The translations under genes and the position numbers were made by a program. DNA of 63,983 nucleotides, the filler included, from Rhabdomonas costata (taxonomy: Eukaryota), in the NCBI GenBank assembly GCA_019059605.1. It is 27 parts of 27 records of this genome, joined end to end, with 100 filler letters (N's around TTAATTAATTAA, not from the genome) between each part and the next. Parts side by side here need not be neighbours in the genome. Positions count along the whole stretch, not along the records: positions 49,864 to 52,133 come from JAHMHO010004378.1; positions 52,234 to 54,503 come from JAHMHO010004379.1; positions 54,604 to 56,874 come from JAHMHO010004380.1; positions 56,975 to 59,243 come from JAHMHO010004381.1; positions 59,344 to 61,613 come from JAHMHO010004382.1; positions 61,714 to 63,983 come from JAHMHO010004383.1; 21 more parts are not named here. One strand, 5' to 3'. The notes beneath the pieces were generated by a model that searched no databases, was not told where the DNA came from, and saw nothing but the letters and a program-made list of their open reading frames with translations. This document shows, in pieces, positions 50,519 to 62,649 of this stretch (the stretch's first letter is position 1; each line of letters begins with the position of its first letter).

Positions 50519-51697
50519 CTAATAGATGTTGACGTACTCCAGGGCGGTCCAGGCCTTGCCCTTTCCTGTCACAAATTGAAAAGCTGGTGTGTGTGGTCAG
50601 TGCACGAGTGCACAAAAGAGCAGCGGAGCAATGAAGGGCCCAACAAAGGGCCCGGAGGGGGGGGGCGTTATAGACGCCTCGAAAAACAAAATCACCCGAA
50701 ACCCATTCAGAATGTTCAGAACCAGAATGAACTCATCTTCACACCGCATCACAGGAAACGGCATACCTATTAGCTTGCACAGGTGGGCGTGCAGTGCATG
50801 TCCTGGTTCAGTGTGCAAATGAAGAGCAACAGACTTCCGCAGCAGGTGTGAGTTGTTTCTATCTTCACCATTGTTTCTTATTCCTCAATTCAGGTTAAGC
50901 CGAGCCGTATTTGTTTAAATCGGTCACTCCTCAAGCAGCAGAAATATTCGAGAGAGAGAAAGATTAATTACATCCTGAAACTCAGCGTTTCCAATTGATG
51001 TTCTGGGGACGCTCTAAAATACTCCTATGCTTCTGTGTGCTCACGGGGTGGACATTTCTTCACAGCGCATGAGCTCCCCTAGCAGGGTTACACCAAAAAC
51101 CTCGCTCTCCGAGACCAGTGAGGCACGCACGCACCGGTATGCTGCAAATCGTTGACCGCGATCAGAAGCATGTCCGTTCCGGAGGAAGTACGGTAGTAAG
51201 TCAGGCCCTGCAGCGCTGTGCTCACAACAGTCTGATGTTAACGCCCCCCCCATCCCGCGTAAGGAAACGAGGTGAAACGTATTGCAGAGTCTAAAGTAAA
51301 TATTACACACACTGGATGTGTGTGATCGGGGGTGTCTGTCGCTGGAGAATATGAAATGCGCTTTTCTTCTTGCGAAGTGGTCGAAGTCTGTGGAGGTGTT
51401 TTTCCTCTAAAGGTGGTTCGGTCCGATAACCCAGAGGCTACATAGCAGAACTTGCAAGAAAAAGTTGGCCCGGCCAGTACTATTTCATCGACTGAACGCA
51501 ATTCCCCCCACCACCACCACCACCACGCAAAAAGTGTGTTTTTTGAGCGTTCAAACGAAGGAAACGAAGGAATAAAAAAGCACCTGGGGGGCCATGAACA
51601 CTATCAGTGTGGGGCAGGACGAGCCCGTGCAGGAGGCCAGAGTAGCCACGCTGGTGTTCTTGGGAATGCTCAGCTCCGCGATGCCCGTAGTGTTCAC
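50519..51697 (-). CDS. C-terminal exons of a cadherin/Ig-like repeat surface protein (51697-51584, 51231-51135, 50565-50519)
   Basis: Spliced ...TLIVFMAPQ|TVVSTALQGLTYYRTSSGTDMLLIAVNDLQHT|GKGKAWTALEYVNIY* resembles the ALxxLxY...GxDxLxIxVxD..TGxG cadherin-like repeat. Phases are compatible. Confidence 0.62.
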
Positions 51698-52295
51698 CTG
51701 CGCGTGATTAGGATTACGTGAGCTCGACAGAAGAGCCGCAGGCAGATGAGGAGAGGACGCCCATCGCATTTCACCCACCCCACCATCTCTTCTCAGGTGC
51801 GTTTCAGGCGTGTGCTGCACCTCTTGAGCAATGCCGGGGCCTCTTTCATTGTCGACCCGTTCTGAATTTAGGAAAAATGCACGCCGTACCTTAACAGTCG
51901 CCCTCCGAGGTCTTGTAGGCGGGGCGGAAAACACATCCTGCTATCACCAATAAATGAATGTGTAAATGACTTGGTGATGAACTTCGCGGCAAGGGACAGA
52001 AATCGCTACCAGACCTTCCAGTGTGGTGTGGCAAGGAAAGGATGTGAGTGAGATGTATGCAACCTCCTCCCCTCCACAAATCAAAAAGGAGCAAACCCTC
52101 TTCAGCGAAAAAGAGCGCCACACCAAGACAAAANNNNNNNNNNNNNNNNNNNNNNNNNNNNNNNNNNNNNNNNNNNNTTAATTAATTAANNNNNNNNNNN
52201 NNNNNNNNNNNNNNNNNNNNNNNNNNNNNNNNNGTGGGGTGTGTATGTAGCAGCCCACATACCGACCTGTTTTTTTTCTTCACTTTTTGGTCAAG

Positions 52296-53023
52296 GGATG
52301 CTGCGAGTATTATATGTGCTGTCCGCAGAGTCTTGCTGTGCAGAGAGAGCTTGTGGCCCGGCTGGAGAAGACAGGCACTCAGGTTATGTCCGACGAGGAT
52401 GTGTTTGGCGCCGTGGCGCAGAAGCTGAATCTGCCTACTTACTGCCTTCCAGAGTCAATTGACGGCCTTGGGTGTGAGTTTGCTGCGTTTGTGCATGTCC
52501 GCTTTTTCTCCATAGTCGCAATGGTCAGTGCATAGGTTCTCCCACGTAAAGGTACTATGCACAGGCGGCAGAGAAAACAGTGAACTGGAGGTAGAAAAGG
52601 ATAGGCAATGCAGAAGTGATGTACAAAAGAAAAGGTGACATATGTCCACTTGTTTTGGTAAAGTTGTCACCACAGCACTGTCCTGGAACGAATTCATGCC
52701 AGGACCATCACTATGTGCAAAGCACCACCCAGAGAATTCGATTTGATTCTGTGTTTCATTTTTCTATGCACCATGTGCCCTTTTCTATGCACCAAAGGTG
52801 CAACGGGTTGAAGTGGTACCCTAACCGGGGCAGTGGCAAGCTGTGGGCCCTTCACGCCGCGTGCCACCGCAAGCGGCGCAAGCTGCCCTGGCTGCGCACT
52901 CAGCTGGCTCACATCCCCGGACAGAAACTGGTGCCAGTGATATCCCCAAACCCCGAGGCCGAAGCTTCCGTGAAAGACAGCAGCACTTCCTTGAAAGGGA
53001 GCCGCAGCACACACTTGCCGTAG
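52296..53023 (+). CDS. Last two exons (52296-52471, 52798-53023) of a probable nucleotide-diphospho-sugar transferase-like protein
   Basis: MSDEDVFGAVAQKLNLPTYCLP...LWALHAACHRKRRKLPWL resembles the DQxxFN...LP...HAN...K pattern. GT-AG intron, phase 2; TAG stop. Confidence 0.5.
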
Positions 53024-53908
53024 CGTTGGGGGGTTTCGATTCTGAGCTCTTCCCAGGAACACAGGTGGTTGGACGTTCAATTCAGGAAATACCGCTCCTT
53101 TCTCCCCTGTTTATATCCACGAAACCGGAATCCCAAGAAACGCTTCCCGATTTATACTGTTTTATCGAAGCGTATGGACACGTTCAAGAGGCAAGGTCAC
53201 GTCGTTCAAGTGTGCCATGTCCAAACCAAGGCAAGCTTTACTGCAGAGTCCCTGTTGTCGGGTAGTTAGACGTTTATTTCGCTCTTGATTTGCCCATCCA
53301 AGAAGCGTTTGAAATAGGACCGGTGTGATAACTACTGCCCTGCTGCCGTGTCTATTGGAAGGGCGCGCGCAAAATTTTAGATGGACAACAACTCAAACCA
53401 GTGACAGCAGAGTCTTGAGAAGGAAAATTTGCAGCACGCACACGAAGAATGTGGCAGCAGCAAGGAAGGTGGGAGGGCAGTTACCGCGTTGTCCAAATGA
53501 TCTGTGGATATGACAAAAATGGAAAAGGATTTCAGACGGGACAATTGACACAGCCGAAGCAACAGGATCACCTTGAAGAGTTCCTCCACATGCACTTGCT
53601 GGACGTCTGTGCCACCCTCTGCTGAAGACGACGACGAAGACGAAGAGCTGGAAGTGCCCGCGCTCGGGCCCGGTTGTCTCAGAAGTTGCACGCAATAATC
53701 AGGGCAAAAAGACGTGGGTGGCATAAAGCCTCGGAAAAGCATGAATTTCAAGTGTTCAATTATTCACATCAGGAGATGAGAGAAAGCGTTTCGAAAGACA
53801 GAGGGAGGGCGAACTTCAAGCTTTTCGAAATATTTTGCATGAGGAGATAACTGTTTTGTTGCGTCTGAAGCAGGTCTCCTCTTTCGCACACCCACCCCTG
53901 TGTTCTAA

Positions 53909-54323
53909 ATGCGCTTCCTTCCCGCCATTCCATGGCGCGCTGCCTCCCGGGTGGCGGTCACTGTGGCGATTCTCATGCTCGTGTTGGATGACCTCTGCAG
54001 AAGCTCGGTCCAGCCCGAGGAAATGCATGAGGCCTTGACCGAAAACACGGTGCTCTCCAAGTCACTGAAGAAGCCTGCGCCCTCTCCACGACTTGCCGTC
54101 CAACAGCTCTCCGCACCACTCTCCCCAGTGTGCGGGAATTGGGTTGGGCCAACCAGCGGCGTTTACGACGGGCAGGACCAAGTCCAGACCATTTTTCTCG
54201 GCGGCGGCTGCAGTCCCTCACCGATCATAACTTTACCTTATGGAGTTGTGAAAGCTGGCGCGGGGCTGTCCTTTCAAGAGGTCCAATACTCCACCGAAGT
54301 TGCCAAGGGCGCCCAGGTCCAAG
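53909..54323 (+). CDS. First exon of a type II membrane or secreted protein of unknown function
   Basis: MRFLPAIPWRAASRVAVTVAILMLVL (signal anchor), a Pro/Ser stem, then a Cys/Gly-containing domain. Donor position uncertain. Confidence 0.55.
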
Positions 54324-54689
54324 GTCCTCTCTTGGTGGAGTGCAGTTCTTTGAGAACTGTTTTGGAAGCTGTTCTGTCGAGTATGTTTTTTTCGCCTTGC
54401 GCCATCGCTGCCCATCAATGCTCTAGTCATTGTTTTTTATGCCTCGCTTTGTTTCCTTCAGCGTCGCTGCTCCCCTCCCCCACGCTGAAGGAAACAAACC
54501 AACNNNNNNNNNNNNNNNNNNNNNNNNNNNNNNNNNNNNNNNNNNNNTTAATTAATTAANNNNNNNNNNNNNNNNNNNNNNNNNNNNNNNNNNNNNNNNN
54601 NNNCCCCCACCTAAAACATAGTGGAAAGTCACATGCGTGGGACGCAGGCCTTTTCCAGTGTCAGAAGGCTCCGGCTCGGGCTGTTTACC

Positions 54690-55420
54690 TACCAGCGCCG
54701 CCAGTGGGCGCGTGGAGCCGGTCCAGGTGCGAGCAAGTGTGGCAGACCACGGGCCTGGCGGAGGGCAAGGCCAATGGATGTGAATCACGTGGTAGTATGT
54801 CGCCGGCAAAATACCGACCGCATTAGAAATCCAAAGGGCGTTTTCCATGGTTACTTCTTTTCACAGATCAGACCGATTTCAAGCGGAATTCGTCCGGACC
54901 ACCCTATTGCCACTGAACGCCGAGAACGACGAGAATTAAAAGAATGGGGTCTTTGATTAGGAATTTGCTGGATTTGCTGAAATTAATAATAAAAAAGGAA
55001 GTTCGCTTTTTATTTCAATTTTTGTTGTGTTTCGCCCTTAACTTTCTTTCTAAAGAGTGTGTGCCGCAGCAGAACCACAGCGAAACCGCAGGCGAGAGCC
55101 GCGGAGACCTGAGGCACCAGAAGGGTGAAAGATGGTGGCGAAATGGCGTGGCGGGCAAGTGCGTGAACACTGGACATAGTGCGTATGCTGTCGCGTTCCC
55201 CTTCCACAACCTCCTTTTTGGCGGAAGATTTTGGAAAGACATAAGAGGCGAGACACGACCAGCGAAACCACTCCACAGCCCAGAAGGTGTGAGCACAAAA
55301 TCCCGATCGACATACACCCCTGAGCCTAAAGGCTTTACAATACACACAGGTGCATCTAATACCCCACTGGTCTGCAGAGTTGTGCCATCATTCAAATCGG
55401 CTTCGTGAAAAGTGGCTGGC
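54690..55420 (-). CDS. Possible exons of an unknown (perhaps GT61/DUF563-like) protein
   Basis: Coding-like blocks ...VKPLGSGVYVDRDFVLTPSGLW... and ALWISNAVGILPATYYHVIHI. Only the YYH motif supports the family guess. Confidence 0.3.
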
Positions 55421-57059
55421 ACCCTCAGCCATCGTTTCAGAAAGGCGACGCCAGAAGAAATCACCACCAGGACAAACGGAAGAGACCTCCGCCACGTTGT
55501 AGGTTCCAAGACACCTAGGTAAGCAGAGGCAGAGCCCAACTTGAGCAAGCAAGGTCGGAATACAGTCCAGCAAGAGTGTGACCCAGAGGCACGACCACCA
55601 AAGAGATAGGAGACAAGTCAGCGTTCCAGCAGCATAGTTTGGGTGTGACAGGTCTCCACTGGCTGGTTCCACTACAAGCACCTGATGTAGAATCCATCAC
55701 TTTTGGTTTTGGTGGCACATGCGGTAGAAATGAGTAGAGTAGAGGTAGTGATGGGGACTGATACACGCCGCTGTCATCCATCACGGCGTAGGATGTCTGG
55801 AGGGCAACACATTCCCCTTCACTCTCAACATCCTTAGAAGTAAGCGTTAGAGTTAGCACCACCATCACACCTCTGAGGGAAGCTGCCACCACGAAATCGT
55901 TGACACAGTAGTCTTAGCGGTATTGGCATGATCATTGCATCGTGCAGGACCGCTCATACGCTCGACTCCACATTTCATCCCGCCACACAACATCATGGGT
56001 TTGTGCGGCTGTGTATTGCCACACCACGACATCTGGATCATGCCATTCCTCACACCACCACAGTGCCACTTTTACATACAAACAGGAGGGCTTACAAGTG
56101 CTGATCCACCCTATGCCCCATGACGTCATGCAACAGCAACCACCCTTAGCGGCATTGACACAACATCACACATTGGGCTTATCAGGTTGCTACGCCTTTG
56201 CATCTTAGTGACATCATGTCAACACCACCAGGCAGCAGTCCATGCCTTGACACAACAACGTCCGGTGGGCTGATGAGGCTATGACACCTGCGCCACCCTG
56301 GTTACTTTGCCAAGACTCACCAAAAAAATGGCATCACCAACACTTAGAATGTCGGGGTACAAAATATGCCACCTTGGATGACACACGCCGTAGCAGACAA
56401 CCACCATGTCAGTTTGGCTTCGTAGCACAGGTTCGCATTGCACTACCATATGGACTATGTTCAAACACTGATACCTGCATTAGTGCACACACGTACACTA
56501 CTACTAACTATGTCACTACGTTGACAGCACACATATATTCTATGGGATAGTTGGCCTCACGACATACTACCAGTCATGTTATTATACCCCACGCATAATG
56601 TTGTTGATGATGTCACACACATGTGCCCAATATGTGCCTATGACTCGCCTCACCATCACCTGGTATCAATATTTTGAACCACTACTTCGTATAATTGCCA
56701 CAACATTCCAGTGCGTCCACCTTCACAGCAAATAACCTCCTTATTCACAGTAACAACACTTGAAGTCAGAATCCGTAACCTCCCAACAAGATTTTACACC
56801 CAAATCATGAAGTCTGGTAGCAGATGCCACATGGATAGTCACTTGACACAATTACCTTATAGTCCCACAAAACCNNNNNNNNNNNNNNNNNNNNNNNNNN
56901 NNNNNNNNNNNNNNNNNNTTAATTAATTAANNNNNNNNNNNNNNNNNNNNNNNNNNNNNNNNNNNNNNNNNNNNGGTGGGGGGGTGGTTTAGTCCCCTTC
57001 CGAGTGTATCGGGTCGAAGCGACTGCGTTCAAGTCCCCTTCGAGGTGAGGCAAAGCGCG

Positions 57060-58400
57060 AGGTTGGGGATTTCGGCGAATTTAGCCGAATTGCGGAGCGA
57101 AGGTGGTTAAGGCCTCTTGGACGGAGTTTGAGAAGCTAACGAAAAGGTGTGAAGGAGTGGCCGGTTGCGACCGAGAGTCGTCGACCGGCTTGGGCAGCAG
57201 CACAGCGTGCCGGCGGCCAGGCTCTACCCGGCGAAAGCTAGGCCAGAAAGTCTCCTCACCTCGTTGGGTTGAAAGCGCTTGCAAAGCGAAAGCTTTGTCG
57301 GGGGGGAACAGGGATGGGAGCTGATCAAGTGGGCTACGCGGGGAAGTTGCAAGAGCCACGTAATTGGTCCGAAGTCGGCGGGCCGTCTGACAACAAACCG
57401 GTATAATTTTTTTCTTTGGGCATGGCATGCACTTGTGTTGGCGTTGAAAGGGAAGAACGGTAATATTTCCTATTCTGTTTTTTGGAAGCGCCTTCACACA
57501 ATGCGGACGCAAAAGGAGATTTCCGGAGACGGACTAGGTCACACACGGAATTAATTTCGCAAGCAAGCGGGGGCATTGGGCAAACCCGCTTTGATAGATT
57601 TTTGCCCGATGACTTCAAAGCGCTAAAAATCCACCAATTCGGCGGCAATGGGGCGGAGCCGCTCTTCAATCCCGGGTTGCCTGGAAGGATAAGGCAGGCT
57701 GGAAGAAGGAATAACAAGGTACCCCACGCAAAGGATGCGGGCCCACCGGAATTTGGCGGGACCGGGGCGGGAATGTCAACAAAAAGGCCCCTACTTTTGC
57801 AGTGCTTTGCTAGTTGTCTCCTGCTGGTGGTGCTGTGTGCACGCTGCTTACGCTTTGTTGTGCTTTGATTTTTTACAATTTTTAAAAGGCCCTTCCGGTC
57901 CCTGGCTAAAAAGCAGGGGCGTTCCAAATAGGTGTGTTTGTATGTGTGGGCTTCTTTTTTCAGAAACCGAATTATATAATTTGATCGTTAATCTTTCCTT
58001 GGGGTCCCCCCCAAATCTTCCAAGGCGGTGTGCCGTTCATCCGCCGGGGTCCTAGTCCGCCATGCCTTGGATCAAGCATTAGCCCGACAGAATGAGGGTC
58101 GTTTCGGCAAAAAAAAAAGCGAATATGTGTCGACAATTCCCGCGCAAACACCGGAATGCACCCGCGGGCGGCGAAGCTGTTAAACAATGCGGGGGCGACT
58201 GGGAAGCAGCTTTACCATCGAATTCTCTCGTTGAGTCGGAAAGGCTTGCCATGGCGTGATAAAGCCACGGGCGCGGATGGCTGAGAGCGGCTTGGAGTGT
58301 TTTTCCAAATGGAAAAGGGGACAAAGAGGTCAGGACACCGAAGCGCCCCTCGGAAAGCACCCCTTGGAGAAACCCAAGCTCACGTTGCAACATTCGACCG
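57060..58400 (-). mobile_element. Highly decayed CRE/SLACS-like reverse transcriptase
   Basis: In the expected order across broken frames: SPFPFG, ERLRPIAAELV (LRPIAVGE), FNAN (DFxNAFN), TR*GDFLA (QQGDPL), VDD, RLNSPK. Confidence 0.55.
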
Positions 58401-59754
58401 ATCACTGAAAACGGCCGTCAGGCGAGTGCGATAATCGGCTCCCACCACCAAACAGGAAGAGAGCAGTCAAGGTTAGGGCAGTGTGGACCAAGCCAGGAAC
58501 ACTTGGTTTTTCGGCTTTGGCAACTGCCAGTGGTCACCGTGGTTATCGTACCTACCAACGACCACCACCTGGAGGGCGAAATTGAATGCCGTGGGGGTTG
58601 TTTAGACCTTTGCCTTGAGAATCTGGGAGGCAGGCAGGCAGGCAGGCAGGCAGACAGTCCGTAAGACATCCTTATCCCTTTTCGAACACACATCTGAAAA
58701 TTCCAACTATTGTTGCCAGGAGACCCAAAAAATCTGCACACGATAAACAGGAATGGATCGCCAATGCACCCGGTACCATGCAGTTACACGTTGTATTCCA
58801 GTAGGAGACTCGAAACGAGAAAGGTTATTCAGGGCACGAGGGACATCTTGGACAGCGGGCTAACCCAGAGTTCTGCGGGGCAGCCATGACTAAACTCTCG
58901 GTGGGCAGTGACAAACCTGCGCAAAAAAAGCATTTTCCTCAACTAGCCCAAAGCCACGCAACAAATAAGCTCTCGATTCATCGGCGGACGTGATTCGTTT
59001 CTGCGATTCATTCACATGCGACTTCGCTAACCTTGCTAATGGCCACTAGGCTGATCAGTGACCCGAACAGCCATGCAAATATGCTCTACAAATGTCCAAA
59101 ATGATAAAAATCGACCCGCACCGCGAATGACGCAGAATGTTTGGCATTGTGCGACTCAGGAACACTTGCAGGGATCGAATTACTGACTCGTACCGAACTC
59201 TCTGATCTCAAAGATCCAGACGGAACGAAGTCCCCAACACCCCNNNNNNNNNNNNNNNNNNNNNNNNNNNNNNNNNNNNNNNNNNNNTTAATTAATTAAN
59301 NNNNNNNNNNNNNNNNNNNNNNNNNNNNNNNNNNNNNNNNNNNGGGGGTTTGTTCTGAAATGCAGGCGCGTTTGTGGGAGGCGGCTTTAGTAGAGAGGAT
59401 ATGAGGAGTGACATGAGCCTTGTGAATGCTTCGAAGTTGTTACCATCATGCCTCTGCTGTCTCCTTCTTCTTCTTCCCGCCGTATGTCTTTGTGCCTCTA
59501 AAACTGAGCGCTTGATGCAGGTTGTCGACTTGTTGGTCTTGTGCTGCTTTTAATTTGCTTTGTGTTGTGTTCTTAGCTACAAATCCAAAAATCTATGCCG
59601 ATTTGCTGTCGCTTAAGTGCTCAGCATTACTGTTAAACCATACCTCTCCCACTGGGCCGGGTGCTGGGGCCAAATGTCCCGCTGTTTCTTGAGGGATGGG
59701 CTTTATTTATTGACCAATTGGCCACTCACTTGTGGCATCCGTCCCACCCCCCAG

Positions 59755-61341
59755 GTGGAGTCACTGTGCTCGCTGGCATCGCTGACCTCTTGCATCGCGA
59801 CCGGCGTGCAAGGCTCCATCACCGTCTTCGACATGGCGAAGGGAGACTTCTCTGTGCAGAAGGTCGTTGCTGCAGTCCTCCGTGTGTGCGTGTGAGGCCG
59901 ACCGAGACAAAATTTCTGTGAAATTTCAGCTTTAGGCTTTGTAGCTTTCGAAGGTTTCCTTCTGGGGTCTCATTTTTTCTCGACTGTTGGAAAGGTTTAT
60001 TATGACGCACGGGGCTTGTGGGCATGTGTTCTCTTTTTGCTGCTGTATGCTGGATGTTCGGGTGTTGTTTTTGTTTCAGACGACGTGGACCGCGCACCAG
60101 GACTTCATCACTGCGCTGCGCTCGTCCCCCTTCAGTATGACACTGGAGAACTGGAAGTGGACCGAAGATGGGTGTTTGGGTTGACCCTTGCTGTCCATGT
60201 CAACCGCTCGCAAGGCGTTTCTTTTGCTCCTGTGCGGGGAATGTGTTGGTTTAAGAAAGATAGCGATTGATTCATAGATAGAGGACCCGTAAATTGTTGT
60301 GGTGGGTCCACCTCCCAACCGCGGTACGCTGCCCCCCTCCCCACGCTGCCGCCACTGTAATGGTTCTGGTCGATTTGTCGAGTGATAGTACCCACCTTCC
60401 TCCTCGGCACCATCCCCTGTCATCCCCGATCACCACTCCCCTGCCCGAACTGGCCCGACAACAGCGGGGATGGCCCGCGGTACGGTAAGGCAAGGGGTGC
60501 CCCAAGCTCCTTGATCCATTTTATTGATGATCCATTATTTCTACCCCGGAGTTGATCCATAATACATTTGATAGGGGGTGGGGTGCCAAGAAAGGTTGTG
60601 CCGTTCCAAAACGACATACAGACCGACATGAGCATTTTGTTGCACTTATCTGATGAAAGAGATCCGATTCTGATGGAGAAAACGGGGACTGTGTGAGCAA
60701 CTGAACAACGATTTCAGTGCAGCTGTTAAGTGTGTCTCTCGGGTGGGGGGCAGGCGCGGAGCTACTCAGCGGCTCTGTTCAGGGCGACGTCCATGTGTGG
60801 GATATGCGCTCGCCGCCCACGGTGCCCAAGGCCTCCCTGTGCTACCACACGCGCCTGGTGACTGACATTCAAGTCACCTCAGATACCTTCCTGGTCACTC
60901 CTTCTCCTCCTTCCTTGCCGATCTCGATGTACACTAATCCGATGCCTAGCTTATAACTGAAAGCTGCGAGCTCTGATGCAAAGTCAATGACATGATATCT
61001 GATGTGATCTGTGTGTGGCACACCTCTGGCTGCAGATCCAATCACGAGCAGCAAAGTTTACTTGCAAAGGAACATTTCCTCTGCATTAACCTTCCATCCA
61101 CCAAGTGTAACATGCTTCGGGCGGAACAATTTGGTGTGCTTGTGGACCCTTCACTTCATGGCATGACACAAAACTTTTCTTACTCCGTATGCAGTGGTCC
61201 AGCTCTGCAGACGCCACGGTGCTGCAGTGGGACTTGCGGAACTCCCTGGTTCCTGTGGGCCGGTTTATTCCTGACATGAAGTGCATCTTGTGCTTGGAGC
61301 CCATCCCAGAGCACAACAGCTTAGCCATCAGCACTCTGAAG
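59755..61341 (+). CDS. WD40-repeat protein, four internal exons (59755-59862, 60080-60134, 60754-60893, 61195-61341)
   Basis: IATGVQGSITVFD, AHQDFITAL, LLSGSVQGDVHVWDMR, YHTRLVTDI, WSSSADATVLQWDLR. All junctions are GT-AG and phase-compatible. Confidence 0.9.
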
Positions 61342-61715
61342 GTATGCTTCCCCGAGTTTTTTTTGATTCTTCTTTGGTTCTTTAAATACCCTCTCTCCTC
61401 ATTTCCCCTGCCTTCCGCTGCCCTGTCCCTGCCTTCCCATGCCCCTTTTCCTGCCCTCCTCTGCCCTCCCTTCCCTTTCGATAGAATTCTTGAATCGAAG
61501 TCACTCTGAATGATCCGCTCAAGTGGCACGGGACCGTACCGCTACTCAATTTTTGCGGATTTTCCTTGGAGAGTGTAGCGTTTCTCATTTGGACATCGTT
61601 GCCCCCACCAACANNNNNNNNNNNNNNNNNNNNNNNNNNNNNNNNNNNNNNNNNNNNTTAATTAATTAANNNNNNNNNNNNNNNNNNNNNNNNNNNNNNN
61701 NNNNNNNNNNNNNTT

Positions 61716-61863
61716 GGTTGTACTGCGTACCGAGATCCTCAGGCACCCCCTGGAATTAGAACCTTCGACGGAAATCTGCGCGACGGAGCAAGCCAAACGG
61801 ATGCTCCCGGTCCAAGGTTCTAATTCCAGGGGGTGCCTGAGGATCTCGGTACGCAGTACAACC
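61716..61863. repeat. Perfect inverted repeat at contig start (50-bp arms, 48-nt loop)
   Basis: 61716-61765 is the reverse complement of 61814-61863. Confidence 0.95.
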
Positions 61864-62649
61864 CTCCAACTCGGAGCGAGGACCTCATCAGCCAACACTC
61901 GAAACTGCCGGCACACCGGCCGCAGACCCAGCTGAAGTGTTGTTAGAATCCTTGCGGCTTTTCTCGACTTCTTATTCCTCCGCTTTGATTCTATAGGTGC
62001 ACAGTGGGACATGTCTTGGTTCCTTTTGACAAGATGAAGACTTCTGCGGCAAAGAAAAGAGAGACACGTGTAATTTATGTGATTTATGGAATGAAAGTTC
62101 CAATCAGCTTGCCGCGGTTATTAGGGTTAGGGTGAGGACTAGGGGTGGAACAGGAGTTATTCATTCACTTGTCGAAAAAAGAGGTTTGGGTACATCAGAT
62201 GTCGTTCGGCTTCGGATAAGGCACCACAGAGGATTCGGTCGCGACGCACGTGTCCCCAGGGATTCCAGAAGAAAGGGATTACAGAAGAAGATTTTGGGTT
62301 TAGGTGCAGGTGTCCCCTGGGACCGAGCCGTATTCCAAGCCGAACCCGGAATGTGCAGGAGATGACTGCACCAATTGCACCCATTTCGAGTTATCAATGT
62401 TCTCCGGGAGGAAAAATGAACGCGGTACATTGCACCCTGGAGTGGATCGCTCCCCAACGACTGACAACAATGCTCAACAGAAATAGTGCAGGCCCGTGCC
62501 ACAAGACTGCGCAGTGAAAGAGATACAATGACCTCGGATGAGCCTTATCTTTGATTTGAGCCTTTAAGGAAACAGGTTTACGGAAAGAATCAGTGCTGAT
62601 CAGTGTAGTGCCGCCTGAGAAAGTCCAACAGGGCTCTTCTCTGACTTGA

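Noticed and set aside
2275..61713. Regularly spaced TTAATTAATTAA repeats as a CRISPR-like or biological array
   Set aside because: Each is embedded in fixed 44-N pads, so it is an artificial linker. ORFs running into X residues are artefacts, and gene neighbourhoods across spacers are meaningless.
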